Source: Candidatus Nomurabacteria bacterium (GTDB taxonomy: Bacteria > Patescibacteriota > Minisyncoccia > Phycocordibacterales > UBA5272). From it: a stretch of DNA of 64,000 nucleotides. This document shows, in pieces, positions 48,251 through 57,971 of this stretch (positions are counted from its first letter, which is position 1; each line of letters opens with the position of its first letter). A program made the translations under genes and the position numbers. The notes beneath the pieces were generated by a model, which made no database searches, was not told the origin of the DNA, and saw only the letters and a list, made by a program, of their open reading frames with translations. The stretch spans positions 122,518-186,517 of the forward strand of contig JAQBRF010000002.1 in NCBI GenBank assembly GCA_028286645.1, in the 5' to 3' direction.

Positions 48251-49417
48251 ATGATATCTTTACTAGCTAACAATATTAAACAACCTATTATGAATAACAA
48301 AGTAATGCTATGGATTGCTGGGATAATAATTGTAATCGGAGTGATTTTTTATTTCCAGAGTAACTCTAAAGAGAATCAGTCAAACACTTTAAAAATTGGC
48401 CTCATAGCCCCCCTTTCTGGAGATGCTGCTGCATATGGCGAAATGGGTAAAAATGGTGCATCAATTGCTGTGGAAGAGATAAACACGGCGGGAGGCATAA
48501 ATGGAAAACAAATAGAAATTATCTACGAAGATGGAAAATGTGACGCGAAGGCAGCATTAAACGCCGCGCAAAAGCTTATTAACGAAGACGGTGTGAAATA
48601 TATAGTAGGAGGAGCATGTAGTAGTGAAACATTCGCTTTTGTTCCGCTCGCAACCGCTTCAAAGGTATTTGTGATCTCTTTTAGTGCGTCAGCGCCTAAG
48701 CTTTCTGGCATAAGCAAATACTTCGTCAGGAACTATCCGAATGATAATCTGGTGGGAATAGCTCTGGCGGGACATTTAAGTAAGAAGTATAAGAAAGTTG
48801 CAGTTATTTCTGAGAAAACAAGCTATGCTCAGGGAGTAAAAGACTCTTTCACAGCAGAAGCAAAGAATTTGGGTATAGAAATTGTTGGAGCGGAAGATTT
48901 TGATTCAACTACTGTGGATTTTCGTACAATAATACTAAAGATTAAAAGTGAGAATCCGGAAATTATTTTTATTAATCCACAGTCTGGCTCAAACACGGCG
49001 CGTATTGCAAAACAGATTAGGCAGAACGGCATAACCATTCCTTTATCTGGAGTAAATTATACAGGTCCTGATGTAATTAGTGGGGGAAGCGCTGTTGAAG
49101 GAATGGAATTTGCAGTTCCGGCTGATGTGCCAAAAGAAGGTAAAGGTCAAGAGTTTCTCCAAAAGTATAATGAAACTTATGGTCGAGATCCTTTATATGC
49201 CTATGTTGCTGCCGCCGGGTATGACGATGTGTACATATTAAAGAAAGCCATCGAATCTGTGGGAGAGGATACAAACAAGGTTCAAGATTACATACATAAC
49301 CGTCTCAGCTTTGAGGGGACTCTGGGTAAATACAGTTTTGATATAAATGGCGATCTTGTGGGAGTGGGGGTTATTATACAAAAAATAAAAAATGGAAAGG
49401 TAGAATTATTAAAATAA
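48251..49417 (+). CDS. LivK/PBP1-type substrate-binding protein, membrane-anchored
   Basis: LKIGLIAPLSGDAAAYGEMGKNGASIAVEEINTAGGINGKQIEIIYEDGKCD. Confidence 0.8.
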   Translation: MISLLANNIKQPIMNNKVMLWIAGIIIVIGVIFYFQSNSKENQSNTLKIGLIAPLSGDAAAYGEMGKNGASIAVEEINTAGGINGKQIEIIYEDGKCDAKAALNAAQKLINEDGVKYIVGGACSSETFAFVPLATASKVFVISFSASAPKLSGISKYFVRNYPNDNLVGIALAGHLSKKYKKVAVISEKTSYAQGVKDSFTAEAKNLGIEIVGAEDFDSTTVDFRTIILKIKSENPEIIFINPQSGSNTARIAKQIRQNGITIPLSGVNYTGPDVISGGSAVEGMEFAVPADVPKEGKGQEFLQKYNETYGRDPLYAYVAAAGYDDVYILKKAIESVGEDTNKVQDYIHNRLSFEGTLGKYSFDINGDLVGVGVIIQKIKNGKVELLK

Positions 49418-49515
49418 AGAAAGTAAAAAACAAAACCAGTTTATGTTTTATTGACGGCTCAGGATAATTCAGGTAGGTTTTACTTAATGTTAACTGTTCA
49501 TTCAAGGGGTGCCCG

Positions 49516-50125
49516 TTGAAGATTACTAAACGCCACGCGGTTGCGTTTCTCTATACAGCCATATTGATGGGTGTGGCGGTCCTCTACTGCCACTTAATTT
49601 TCACAGGAAAAGTAAAGCCCACGCTCCTTACCTGGCTGATTTTTCTTGTGGCCGTATGTCTTGGCCTCTTTACATATATGCGAGCAAAAAGGAGTTCGCA
49701 TAGCTTGCTTTCGAATATCATCAATACGGCCGATATCGCATTTCTGATATTGATCGTTGGATTCGCCAGCATCTTCGGAAAAGGATTTCCTCTGCACTTT
49801 TCCAGCTTTGATTTATTTATTGTGCAGTGTGATGGCAGGGTTGATAGTGATAGTTTACTTTGTTAGCAGAAATGCCGATTTAGCAAATCTTTCTGTTAAC
49901 CTGCTACTTGTTGTGGGATATCTGCCTCTCTATGAACGTTTAATCACAACAAAGGAGAACACAGAGTCTTTGCTCTGCTGGGTTCTTTCTTTCGTAGCGG
50001 TGGTGATAGGTTCTTACAACGCCTTTTCAAAAGGAGGTGATATTCTCACTAAGATTTATGCAATCCGAGCGCTCCTTTGTTCGGCTGTCGTCATTGGGCT
50101 CATAATTTGGATCGAGCTCGGGTAG
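49516..50125 (+). pseudogene. Multi-pass membrane protein split by a frameshift (ORFs 49516..49866 and 49757..50125)
   Basis: Two overlapping ORFs in different frames, each encoding consecutive TM helices. The frame switch lies near 49780-49800 (ggaaaagg). Hairpin terminator at 50155-50186 downstream. Confidence 0.45.
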
Positions 50126-50245
50126 CATGAATCTGGTCCACTCTCTATATAACCACGGCAGTGTCCCTGCCGTTTTTGTTTTTTTAACCTAAATTTATTA
50201 TTCCTAAATCTTGAATTATGAATCATAAATCCGGGTTATACTACT

Positions 50246-51115
50246 ATGATGGATATCGTAGTCCAAATCGCATTAAATGCTGTCATTGCCGGTGCGATTT
50301 ACTCTCTCGTAGCTATTGGGTTTAACTTGATCTATAGTACCGCTCGATTCTTTGATATAGGTTATGGCGCCCTGGCAACTGTTGGAGGATACTCAGTATT
50401 TTATTTTTATAAAATGCTTAACCTCCCTATTTATGTTTCTATTATTTTAGCAATTGTAATATCCGGAGCGATAGGCTGGCTTGTAGAAAAACTGGTTTAC
50501 AAAAAGTTAAGGAAAGAAAAAGCATCAAACGTCGTGCTCCTCATCGCATCGCTGGGAGTTCTTACAGTGATTCAGGCGATAGTTGCTATTTTGTTTACTA
50601 GTCAATTCCAAACTCTTTCAAAGGACATTGGCGGACAAACAACATATGAGATCTTCGGCGGCGTGATTACTCAGACACAAGTTTTGATCCTCGTCTCTGG
50701 ACTCCTTATAATGACCGCACTGAGTCTTGTTCTTAAGTACACGCTATTTGGTAAAGCTATTCGTGCCGTGTCAGATGACGAAGAAGTGGCGAGAATAGTG
50801 GGAATAAATTCAGGGCGCGTCATGGGGTGGGTATTTTTTATCGGTTCGGCTATTGCTGGAATCGCAGGCATGTCTGTAGGCTTTGATACAGGTATAGAGC
50901 CGGTAATGGGGCTGTCGCTTTTACTTAAAGGAGTGATCGCAGTAATAGTGGGAGGAATTGGAAATATTTATGGCGGAGTTCTAGGGGCATTTTTACTCGC
51001 AATTATCGAAAACCTAGGAGCATGGCAATTTTCCGGTGAGTGGAAAGACGCAATTTCTTTCTTTGTTCTTATTATCTTTTTAATCTTCCGCCCTCAGGGC
51101 ATTTGGCCGAAATAA
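50246..51115 (+). CDS. livH: Branched-chain amino acid ABC transporter permease (LivH-like)
   Basis: Multi-TM protein. AIGFNLIYSTARFFDIGYGALATVGGY is typical of the LivH/BraD family. Confidence 0.85.
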   Translation: MMDIVVQIALNAVIAGAIYSLVAIGFNLIYSTARFFDIGYGALATVGGYSVFYFYKMLNLPIYVSIILAIVISGAIGWLVEKLVYKKLRKEKASNVVLLIASLGVLTVIQAIVAILFTSQFQTLSKDIGGQTTYEIFGGVITQTQVLILVSGLLIMTALSLVLKYTLFGKAIRAVSDDEEVARIVGINSGRVMGWVFFIGSAIAGIAGMSVGFDTGIEPVMGLSLLLKGVIAVIVGGIGNIYGGVLGAFLLAIIENLGAWQFSGEWKDAISFFVLIIFLIFRPQGIWPK

Positions 51116-51118
51116 TAT

Positions 51119-51985
51119 ATGGAATACTTAGTACACATTTTAATCTTCGTTTCGATTTATGGAATCATCGCCCTCTCCCTTGACCTAGTAGTAGGAGTCG
51201 CAGGCCTCCTCTCTGTTACTCAAGCAGCGTTTTATGGAATAGGAGCGTACGTTACCGCGCTTTTATTATTAGGAACTGGGATGAATTTCTTCTTAGCCGC
51301 AATTATCGGGATGATAGTCACGGCTGTGATCGCTCTTGGGGTGGGAGTTGTATTTTCTAGATTTAAATCAGAATTTTATGCGTTAGGATCTTTTGGATTC
51401 AATATCATTGTCTTTAGCATTTTCTTAAATTGGCAATCAGTCACTCGTGGACCGCTAGGGATCCCTGGAATCCCCCGCCCAGAAATATTCGGATTTCAGT
51501 TTTCTGAAAATTCAGCATTCCTTGTTCTTACTTTAGTTATTTTGGCTATTGCTTATGGAGTTTATACATGGATTGAAAAGTCATCATTTGGAAGAGTATT
51601 AAAGGCCATTCGCGAAGATGAAGAGGCGATAAAAGTATTTGGTTATACAACGAGCTATTACAAGTTGGTCATTTTTGTAATTTCTTCAATGCTGGCAGCT
51701 CTTGCAGGATCACTGTTTGCTACTTACATCACTTTCATTGATCCATCGAGCTTTTCATTAAATGAATCGATCTTTATGCTTTCGATAATTATCCTTGGCG
51801 GTCTTTCTTCTAAGCGCGGCGCATTACTTGGGGCATTCTGTTTAATCGTGTTGCCAGAAGTATTGCGATTCGTAGGCTTTCCATCAGATATCGCGGCACA
51901 AATGAGACAAGTTACGTATGGACTTATTTTAATTCTTCTTATGTTGTATCGCCCACAAGGATTGATGGGCGAATTCCGTTTATGA
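51119..51985 (+). CDS. livM: Branched-chain amino acid ABC transporter permease (LivM-like)
   Basis: Multi-TM protein. LSLDLVVGVAGLLSVTQAAFYGIGAYVTAL is a LivM/BraE family signature. Confidence 0.85.
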   Translation: MEYLVHILIFVSIYGIIALSLDLVVGVAGLLSVTQAAFYGIGAYVTALLLLGTGMNFFLAAIIGMIVTAVIALGVGVVFSRFKSEFYALGSFGFNIIVFSIFLNWQSVTRGPLGIPGIPRPEIFGFQFSENSAFLVLTLVILAIAYGVYTWIEKSSFGRVLKAIREDEEAIKVFGYTTSYYKLVIFVISSMLAALAGSLFATYITFIDPSSFSLNESIFMLSIIILGGLSSKRGALLGAFCLIVLPEVLRFVGFPSDIAAQMRQVTYGLILILLMLYRPQGLMGEFRL

Positions 51986-51992
51986 TGTTTTA

Positions 51993-52288
51993 TCCCCACA
52001 CCAAATAAAAATGTTTTATCTTTACATTTTACGCAGCTTGAAAGACAAAAAACTTATACATAGGCTCAACCAATGATCTCAAACGCCGGTTTAGTTTACA
52101 TAATAATAAAAAAGTAAATTCTACCAAATCTCGTGCACCGTTTGAGTTGCTCTACTACGAAGCTTACAAAAGTGAAAAAGATGCACGAGTTAGTGAAAGT
52201 AATTTAAAATTAAGAAGCAGAGCATTGTCGCAACTCAAACTACGTCTAGTGGAGACATTAAAATAACCGTCTATTTGGTGTGGGGGTG
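51993..52288. mobile_element. Putative miniature element: GIY-YIG nuclease gene bounded by terminal inverted repeats ATCCCCACACCAAATA / TATTTGGTGTGGGGGT
   Basis: Inverted repeats of 14-16 bp at 51993-52008 and 52273-52288. A related inverted repeat pair with no cargo occurs at 14394-14493. Confidence 0.45.
52011..52266 (+). pseudogene. GIY-YIG nuclease family (UPF0213/YhbQ-like) gene with a +/-1 frameshift in an A6 run
   Basis: Frame 1 gives MFYLYILRSLKDKKL then a stop. The adjacent frame continues YIGSTNDLKRRFSLHNN...SRAPFELLYYEAYKSEKDARVSESNLK. Together this is a complete GIY-YIG domain. Shift at 52046-52052 (gacaaaaaactt). Confidence 0.7.
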
Positions 52289-52394
52289 TATCGACCACAA
52301 GGATTACTCGGAGAGTTTAAATTATAGATTACATATTGACGGTATTGTATTGGTATTGTAGATTGAGAAGGAAGCATTTAAACTTGGTGTATCC

Positions 52395-52964
52395 TTGAAA
52401 AGGAAAACGACTATGAAAATGACCTTGACTATCCTAGAAGGCCTCTTCGTATTGGGCTTAATTATGTTATGGGTTGCGTATGAATGGGTGCACCACCTTA
52501 TTGAAAAGAAATTCAAAAGCCCCATACGTTCGGCTGTCCGCAGAGCTGCAGTGTCAATCCAACCCACGACATGTATCTCAGAAGCCAAGGCGGTGATTCG
52601 CGACGTCGCACAATTCGAGCATCTCCTCTGGGTTTTTGGTGCAGGAAACGAGAAATGGGACGTGGCGCATAAGCTTTTATTCAACCGGACAAGAGCTCTG
52701 AAGTATCTTGCACAAGTTCATGAGCAAGAGTTGACGGCGCGTCTGATACTTGCCCAATCCGCACGTTTGGAAATCTCTGCCGAGGAAGTGGAAATTGATC
52801 CACTTGAAAAAGTAATCCGCTTCCTGGAAGAAGCAAACACACTTCCGATGAGCTTAACCGAGCATGTTTATGAATGGCGGAAGACCAAGGCGGAACTCGA
52901 TAAACTGAAAGGGACGGACCCTATGTTTCACCCTTGGCGATATCTTACCGCCTCCACCATCTGA
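52395..52964 (+). CDS. Hypothetical protein (189 aa), N-terminal TM helix, moderately GC-rich
   Basis: ORF track. Own terminator at 52990-53016. No recognisable domain. Confidence 0.5.
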   Translation: MKRKTTMKMTLTILEGLFVLGLIMLWVAYEWVHHLIEKKFKSPIRSAVRRAAVSIQPTTCISEAKAVIRDVAQFEHLLWVFGAGNEKWDVAHKLLFNRTRALKYLAQVHEQELTARLILAQSARLEISAEEVEIDPLEKVIRFLEEANTLPMSLTEHVYEWRKTKAELDKLKGTDPMFHPWRYLTASTI

Positions 52965-52989
52965 CCGTCCTCACAAATCCCTCACAGGT

Positions 52990-53016
52990 AGCGCTCGCAA
53001 GAGCGCTTTTCTTTTG
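52990..53016 (+). terminator. Rho-independent terminator
   Basis: agcgctc gcaa gagcgct followed by TTTTCTTTTG. Confidence 0.6.
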
Positions 53017-53045
53017 TTTCATTCATTATAGTTGCATGCTAGTAT

Positions 53046-54191
53046 TTGGGTATGAAAAAACCAATTGTTTGGGGGTTGGTGATCGTAGTTATCTTATTAG
53101 TAATCTGGGTAATAGTAGATAAGAATAAAAGTAAGCCCGCAACAGGAGAACCTATAAAAATTGGTGTAGCGACATTACTTACAGGAGACTATGCAGCATT
53201 AGGCGAAAATATCTCCAACACAGCTAAGCTGGTAATTGAAGAAGTAAATAAAAATGGTGGGATAAATGGCAGACCACTTGAACTTTATATAGAAGATTCT
53301 AAAGTCGATAGTAAAAGTGGCCTAGACGCAATACAAAAACTTGTGAATGTAGATAAAGCACACTACATAATTGGCGGGATGACAAGTAATGGAACTATTG
53401 CAGGAGCTCCTATCGCAAACAAACAACATGTGATTATTCTTACCCCGGTTACTGGAGGCTCAAACGTTGATAATGCGGGAGACTATGTATTTCGTATTGC
53501 TAACTCTGACGTCCTTGCCGGGAGAGATTTAGCAAATGCCATGATAAAAATGGGATATACAAAAGTCGGAGTAATTTCCGCTGTAACGGAATATACGCTC
53601 GACATAAAGAATACATTCGAAAGTACGATGAAAAATCAAGGCGAAGAAATTGTCATTTCAGAGGAATTCCAACCCGGCACTACAGATTATCATACGATGG
53701 TATCGAAAGTGAGAACTGCAAATCCGCAAGCTGTACTGGTTCTTTCTAATCTGGGAACTGATGCTGCTTATTTCATCAAGCAAGGAAGAGAAATGGGGTA
53801 CACACCACCCATATTTACAGATTTTAATACAGCTGCTAATGGAAGTGTAAAGAATATTCTAGGAAGTCTCGACGGGATTTACTTTACAGATCCAAAATAT
53901 GATGAAAGCAGTAAAGAGAGGCAAGCTTTTTTCAATAAATATAAAGAAGTATATGGGAAAGATCCAGCGATCCCCTTCCACAGTGCATCAACATATGATG
54001 GAATTATGATGCTCACCAAAGCTTTGCAAACCGAAGGAGACGATAGCGTAAAAGTGAAAGACTGGCTTCTTGCGAATGTGAAAAATTATCATGGCTTTAT
54101 GGGGACGTATTCCCTCGATGAAAAAGGAAATTCAGATCTAGGGTTTAATATTAAAGTGTTTAAAAATGGAAAGGCAGAATTGGTAAAGTAG
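53046..54191 (+). CDS. LivK/PBP1-type substrate-binding protein, membrane-anchored
   Basis: IKIGVATLLTGDYAALGENISNTAKLVIEEVNKNGGINGRPLELYIEDSKVDS. Confidence 0.8.
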   Translation: MGMKKPIVWGLVIVVILLVIWVIVDKNKSKPATGEPIKIGVATLLTGDYAALGENISNTAKLVIEEVNKNGGINGRPLELYIEDSKVDSKSGLDAIQKLVNVDKAHYIIGGMTSNGTIAGAPIANKQHVIILTPVTGGSNVDNAGDYVFRIANSDVLAGRDLANAMIKMGYTKVGVISAVTEYTLDIKNTFESTMKNQGEEIVISEEFQPGTTDYHTMVSKVRTANPQAVLVLSNLGTDAAYFIKQGREMGYTPPIFTDFNTAANGSVKNILGSLDGIYFTDPKYDESSKERQAFFNKYKEVYGKDPAIPFHSASTYDGIMMLTKALQTEGDDSVKVKDWLLANVKNYHGFMGTYSLDEKGNSDLGFNIKVFKNGKAELVK

Positions 54192-54230
54192 CTCATTTTC
54201 TTTCCTATTTCAAAGTGCTAGTATAAGGGC

Positions 54231-55364
54231 ATGAAAAAACCAATTGTTGGGGTATTGGTGTTAACCTTAATAGTTTTGGTCGTTTGGTTGTTTGTAGAAG
54301 AAAGAAAATCATCACAGTTTAGTGAATCTATAAAAATAGGCTACGTGGTCCCTCTTACAGGAGATGCCGCCACTTATGGCGAGCCAATGAAAAATGCAGC
54401 GTCATTAGCAGTGGAGGAAATTAATAACTCAGGTGGAGTAAATGGAAGAAAGCTAGAAGTTATTTATGAAGATAGTAAATGTTCTGGGAAAGATGCTTTA
54501 ACAGCAACACAAAAGTTAATTTCGATTGATAAAGTCCAGGTTCTAGATGGTTTTACTTGCGCAGAAGACCTGCTGAACTCTGCTTCACTAATAGAAAAAA
54601 ATAAAATAATAACTCTTTCGCCGGGAGCGTTGGGTCCAGGAGTCAGTGCTGCAGGAGATTATATTTTTCAGACTAATCCCTCCGCAACTGTCGCCACCAA
54701 GAAGCTGACGTCATTAATTTTTAAGAATCATACGAATGTGATTGTGGTAAGTGAAAATACAGGATTTGCTATAGATATAAGAGATTTCTTCTCAAAGGAG
54801 TTCGAATCTTTAGGTGGGAAAGTAACTTTATCAGAAACATATAATCCAAATACTAAAGACTTTAGAGCAATTTTACAGAAAATAAAAAAAGAGAATCCAT
54901 CAGCGATTTTTATAAATCCTCAGACTGAAATAACGGGCGGACTATTTATTAAACAAGCTAGAGAGCTAGGAATTACGGCTGATCTTTTTAGTTTAGATAC
55001 ATTAAGCGGTCCTACTACTCGTGAGATTAGCGGGGATGCTTCTGAAGGGCTTACATTAGTTACGGTTCCAGATTTAGATACTCAAAATCAAAAGGCAAAT
55101 GAGTTTTTGAAAAAGTATAAAGAAAAATATGGAGATCCAGTATTTCCTTTGTATCTAGCATCTGCTTACGATTCTATTAATATAATTGCGCAAGCTATAC
55201 AAATAGCGGGAGATGACTCACAAAAGATAAAGGATTACCTTTATAAGATGTCTGATTATCATGGAGCAGTTGGAACATACCATTTCGATAAAAATGGAGA
55301 TATTGAAGGAATTGATTTTGTAGTAAAGAAGATGGTGTCTGGTAAACTCATAAATATTAAATAA
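54231..55364 (+). CDS. LivK/PBP1-type substrate-binding protein, membrane-anchored
   Basis: IKIGYVVPLTGDAATYGEPMKNAASLAVEEINNSGGVNGRKLEVIYEDSKCSG. Confidence 0.8.
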   Translation: MKKPIVGVLVLTLIVLVVWLFVEERKSSQFSESIKIGYVVPLTGDAATYGEPMKNAASLAVEEINNSGGVNGRKLEVIYEDSKCSGKDALTATQKLISIDKVQVLDGFTCAEDLLNSASLIEKNKIITLSPGALGPGVSAAGDYIFQTNPSATVATKKLTSLIFKNHTNVIVVSENTGFAIDIRDFFSKEFESLGGKVTLSETYNPNTKDFRAILQKIKKENPSAIFINPQTEITGGLFIKQARELGITADLFSLDTLSGPTTREISGDASEGLTLVTVPDLDTQNQKANEFLKKYKEKYGDPVFPLYLASAYDSINIIAQAIQIAGDDSQKIKDYLYKMSDYHGAVGTYHFDKNGDIEGIDFVVKKMVSGKLINIK

Positions 55365-55365
55365 C

Positions 55366-56100
55366 ATGCCCCTTCTTCAAACCAAACAAATAGTTAAATC
55401 TTTCGGTGGAGTTCACGCGGTGGACCATTTAGACATTACATTTGATGGCGGAAAGATTTACGGACTTATTGGTCCGAACGGTTCTGGAAAAAGCACTCTT
55501 ATAAATCTTTTAACCGGGCTTCTCCCGTTAACTGCAGGAACAGTTGTAGTGGGCGATTCGCTCTCTATTAGTAATATTAATTCTAGCGATATGGCGACAT
55601 ACGGCATCACTCGCACTTTTCAGAATGTGCGCTTGATAGGTCAGCTAAGCGTGCTAGATAACATCTTAGTCGTCTTAACAGAAAGAAACGTATGGGGAGC
55701 CCTTTTTGAGCGCCACGGAAAGCTTCACTTAGATCAAGCAGAAACTGTTTTGAAAAAGGTTGGACTTTGGGAAAAAAGAAATGAACATGCTGAAAATCTT
55801 TCTTATGGACAAAGAAAGTTACTTGAAATAGCGAGAGCTGTATCCATGAAAGCAAACATTTATTTATTCGACGAACCCTTCGCTGGGCTATTTCCTGAAA
55901 TGATAAAAATAGTTTCTAATATTTTAGAAGAATTAAAAGGCTCTGGAGTTGCGGTAGTCCTTGTAGAACATAATATGGATCTCATCCGAGGATTAACAGA
56001 CTATTGTTATGTGCTGGATAGCGGGAAATTAATCGCTGAAGGAACGCCGGGAGAGGTTTTGAGCAAGGAAAATGTGGTAGAGGCATATCTCGGGAAGTAG
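55366..56100 (+). CDS. livG: Branched-chain amino acid ABC transporter ATP-binding protein (LivG-like)
   Basis: Walker A GPNGSGKST. ABC signature LSYGQRKLLEIARAV. Walker B IYLFDEP. Confidence 0.85.
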   Translation: MPLLQTKQIVKSFGGVHAVDHLDITFDGGKIYGLIGPNGSGKSTLINLLTGLLPLTAGTVVVGDSLSISNINSSDMATYGITRTFQNVRLIGQLSVLDNILVVLTERNVWGALFERHGKLHLDQAETVLKKVGLWEKRNEHAENLSYGQRKLLEIARAVSMKANIYLFDEPFAGLFPEMIKIVSNILEELKGSGVAVVLVEHNMDLIRGLTDYCYVLDSGKLIAEGTPGEVLSKENVVEAYLGK

Positions 56101-56136
56101 CTTGACTTTAGACCAATAGGTATATACTTTAGGCAT

Positions 56137-57249
56137 ATGAAAAAGATCACATGGTTTGTAGTGGCTTTAATTATCATTATTGGAGGAATATGGGCTTATC
56201 AAAGTAAAAGTAATAGTACCCCCATAAAAATAGGAGTCATTACAGCTCTTACAGGCTCTGGAGCAGGAGTGTACGGGGAACCGCTTAAGAATTCGATAAA
56301 TCTCGCACTAAACGAAATAGACTCGAAACATGTAAAGTATGAGGTGAGATTTGAAGACTATCAGCTTGATACTAAACAGGCTCTTCCAGCGTATTTAAAA
56401 CTTAAATCAGAAGGTGTAAAGATATTTATAATAGATGGCAGCCCCGCCCTATCCGTTCTTGCGCCAGAAGTGAGGAAAGACGGATTCCTTTCTTTTAATT
56501 CTTCTTCATTTATTCCTGCATATAAAGATGGGAACCCCCTTACATGCAGAATTGCTATTACCGCAGATAATTATGCGCCAGCATATTCAGACCTCTTATT
56601 AAATACTTTGCATAAAACAAAAGTGGTGGCTTTGATCCCAAACTATGAACCAGGAGTGGCAATTCTTACAGCCTTCAAGGAAGAATTCGAGAAAAGAGGA
56701 GGCCAAGTAGTATTTGAAAGTTTATATTCAAAAGATGGAAATGATTTTAGAACAGAAATCCAAAAAATAAAATCATATAATGCAGATGCCATTATAGCGG
56801 TAAATTATTTCACGTCTGCCCCAACTATGTTTAAGCAAATGAAAGAGCTTGGTCTCACGACTCAACTAATTACTGACGATTGGACAGTAGGAAATGCCGC
56901 TGTTACCGATAAGACATTGCTAGATGGAGCCTATCTAGTGGGTTATAGTTTTTCAACTATTAATCCAAAGACTGATAAGGAAAAAGAGTTTATACAAAAG
57001 TTTAAAAATGCATATAGTACAGACCCATCAGTTATGGCTGTACAAGGATATGATCTTATGAATATTCTAAATACTGCAGTACAAGGCACTTCTTCACAAG
57101 ATCCTGCCACATTAGCGGCGTATCTCACGACAAAGATTAATAATTATCAAGGCGTGGGAGGTAGCATTACATTAAATAGCGACTGCGAAGCCAAAAGAGA
57201 GGTTACAGTAAGAAAGGTGGATGCCGGGCAGTTAGTTGATATAAGGTAA
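56137..57249 (+). CDS. LivK/PBP1-type substrate-binding protein, membrane-anchored (more divergent)
   Basis: IKIGVITALTGSGAGVYGEPLKNSINLALNEI. Sits between the LivG-like and LivF-like ATPase genes. Confidence 0.7.
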   Translation: MKKITWFVVALIIIIGGIWAYQSKSNSTPIKIGVITALTGSGAGVYGEPLKNSINLALNEIDSKHVKYEVRFEDYQLDTKQALPAYLKLKSEGVKIFIIDGSPALSVLAPEVRKDGFLSFNSSSFIPAYKDGNPLTCRIAITADNYAPAYSDLLLNTLHKTKVVALIPNYEPGVAILTAFKEEFEKRGGQVVFESLYSKDGNDFRTEIQKIKSYNADAIIAVNYFTSAPTMFKQMKELGLTTQLITDDWTVGNAAVTDKTLLDGAYLVGYSFSTINPKTDKEKEFIQKFKNAYSTDPSVMAVQGYDLMNILNTAVQGTSSQDPATLAAYLTTKINNYQGVGGSITLNSDCEAKREVTVRKVDAGQLVDIR

Positions 57250-57971
57250 TGCAAAAAGAAATACTTCTCACACTTAAAAATGCCTCAGTTCAATATGGCG
57301 GTATTCAAGCGCTCAATAATGTAACCATAAATATTGATGAAGGTGAGATTGTGGCACTGATGGGACCAAATGGCTCTGGGAAAACAACTACGCTTAAAGC
57401 ACTCTTCGGCATCTCCTCTCTTTCTTCCGGCGAGGTATTGTGGCAGGGACAGAAAGTAGATCCAAAGCCTTATGAAATGGTTTCTCGCGGCATTACATAT
57501 GTTCCACAAGGGCGCCAGGTTTTTAAAAATCTTACAGTATATGAAAACTTAGAGCTTGGCGGGTATGCACTGCCGAATAAGAGCGATGTAAAAAATAATA
57601 TTGAAGAGTCCCTTAAGTTTTTCCCGGCACTTCGAGAAAAATTAAGTGTAAAAGCCGGGCTTCTCTCCGGTGGACAGCAGCAAATGCTTACAATAGCACG
57701 AGGGCTAATAAGTGATCCCAAGGTTTTATTGCTTGATGAACCGTCTTTAGGGCTATCTCCAAAGATTGTGAAGGAGGTATTTGAGAAAATTAAGGAAATA
57801 AATGAATTAAGGAAGATTGCAGTGGTAATCGTAGAACACAGCATAAAGTCAGTTTTATCGGTATCTAGTAAAGTTTTCGTTTTATCTCAAGGATCAATAG
57901 CTTTTTTTGGGAATAAGGAAGAATTGGAAAGCGGGAATGTACTGGAAAATGTATTTCTTGCAAAGAAGTAG
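57249..57971 (+). CDS. livF: Branched-chain amino acid ABC transporter ATP-binding protein (LivF-like)
   Basis: Walker A GPNGSGKTT. Signature LSGGQQQMLTIARGL. Walker B VLLLDEPS. Confidence 0.85.
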   Translation: MQKEILLTLKNASVQYGGIQALNNVTINIDEGEIVALMGPNGSGKTTTLKALFGISSLSSGEVLWQGQKVDPKPYEMVSRGITYVPQGRQVFKNLTVYENLELGGYALPNKSDVKNNIEESLKFFPALREKLSVKAGLLSGGQQQMLTIARGLISDPKVLLLDEPSLGLSPKIVKEVFEKIKEINELRKIAVVIVEHSIKSVLSVSSKVFVLSQGSIAFFGNKEELESGNVLENVFLAKK

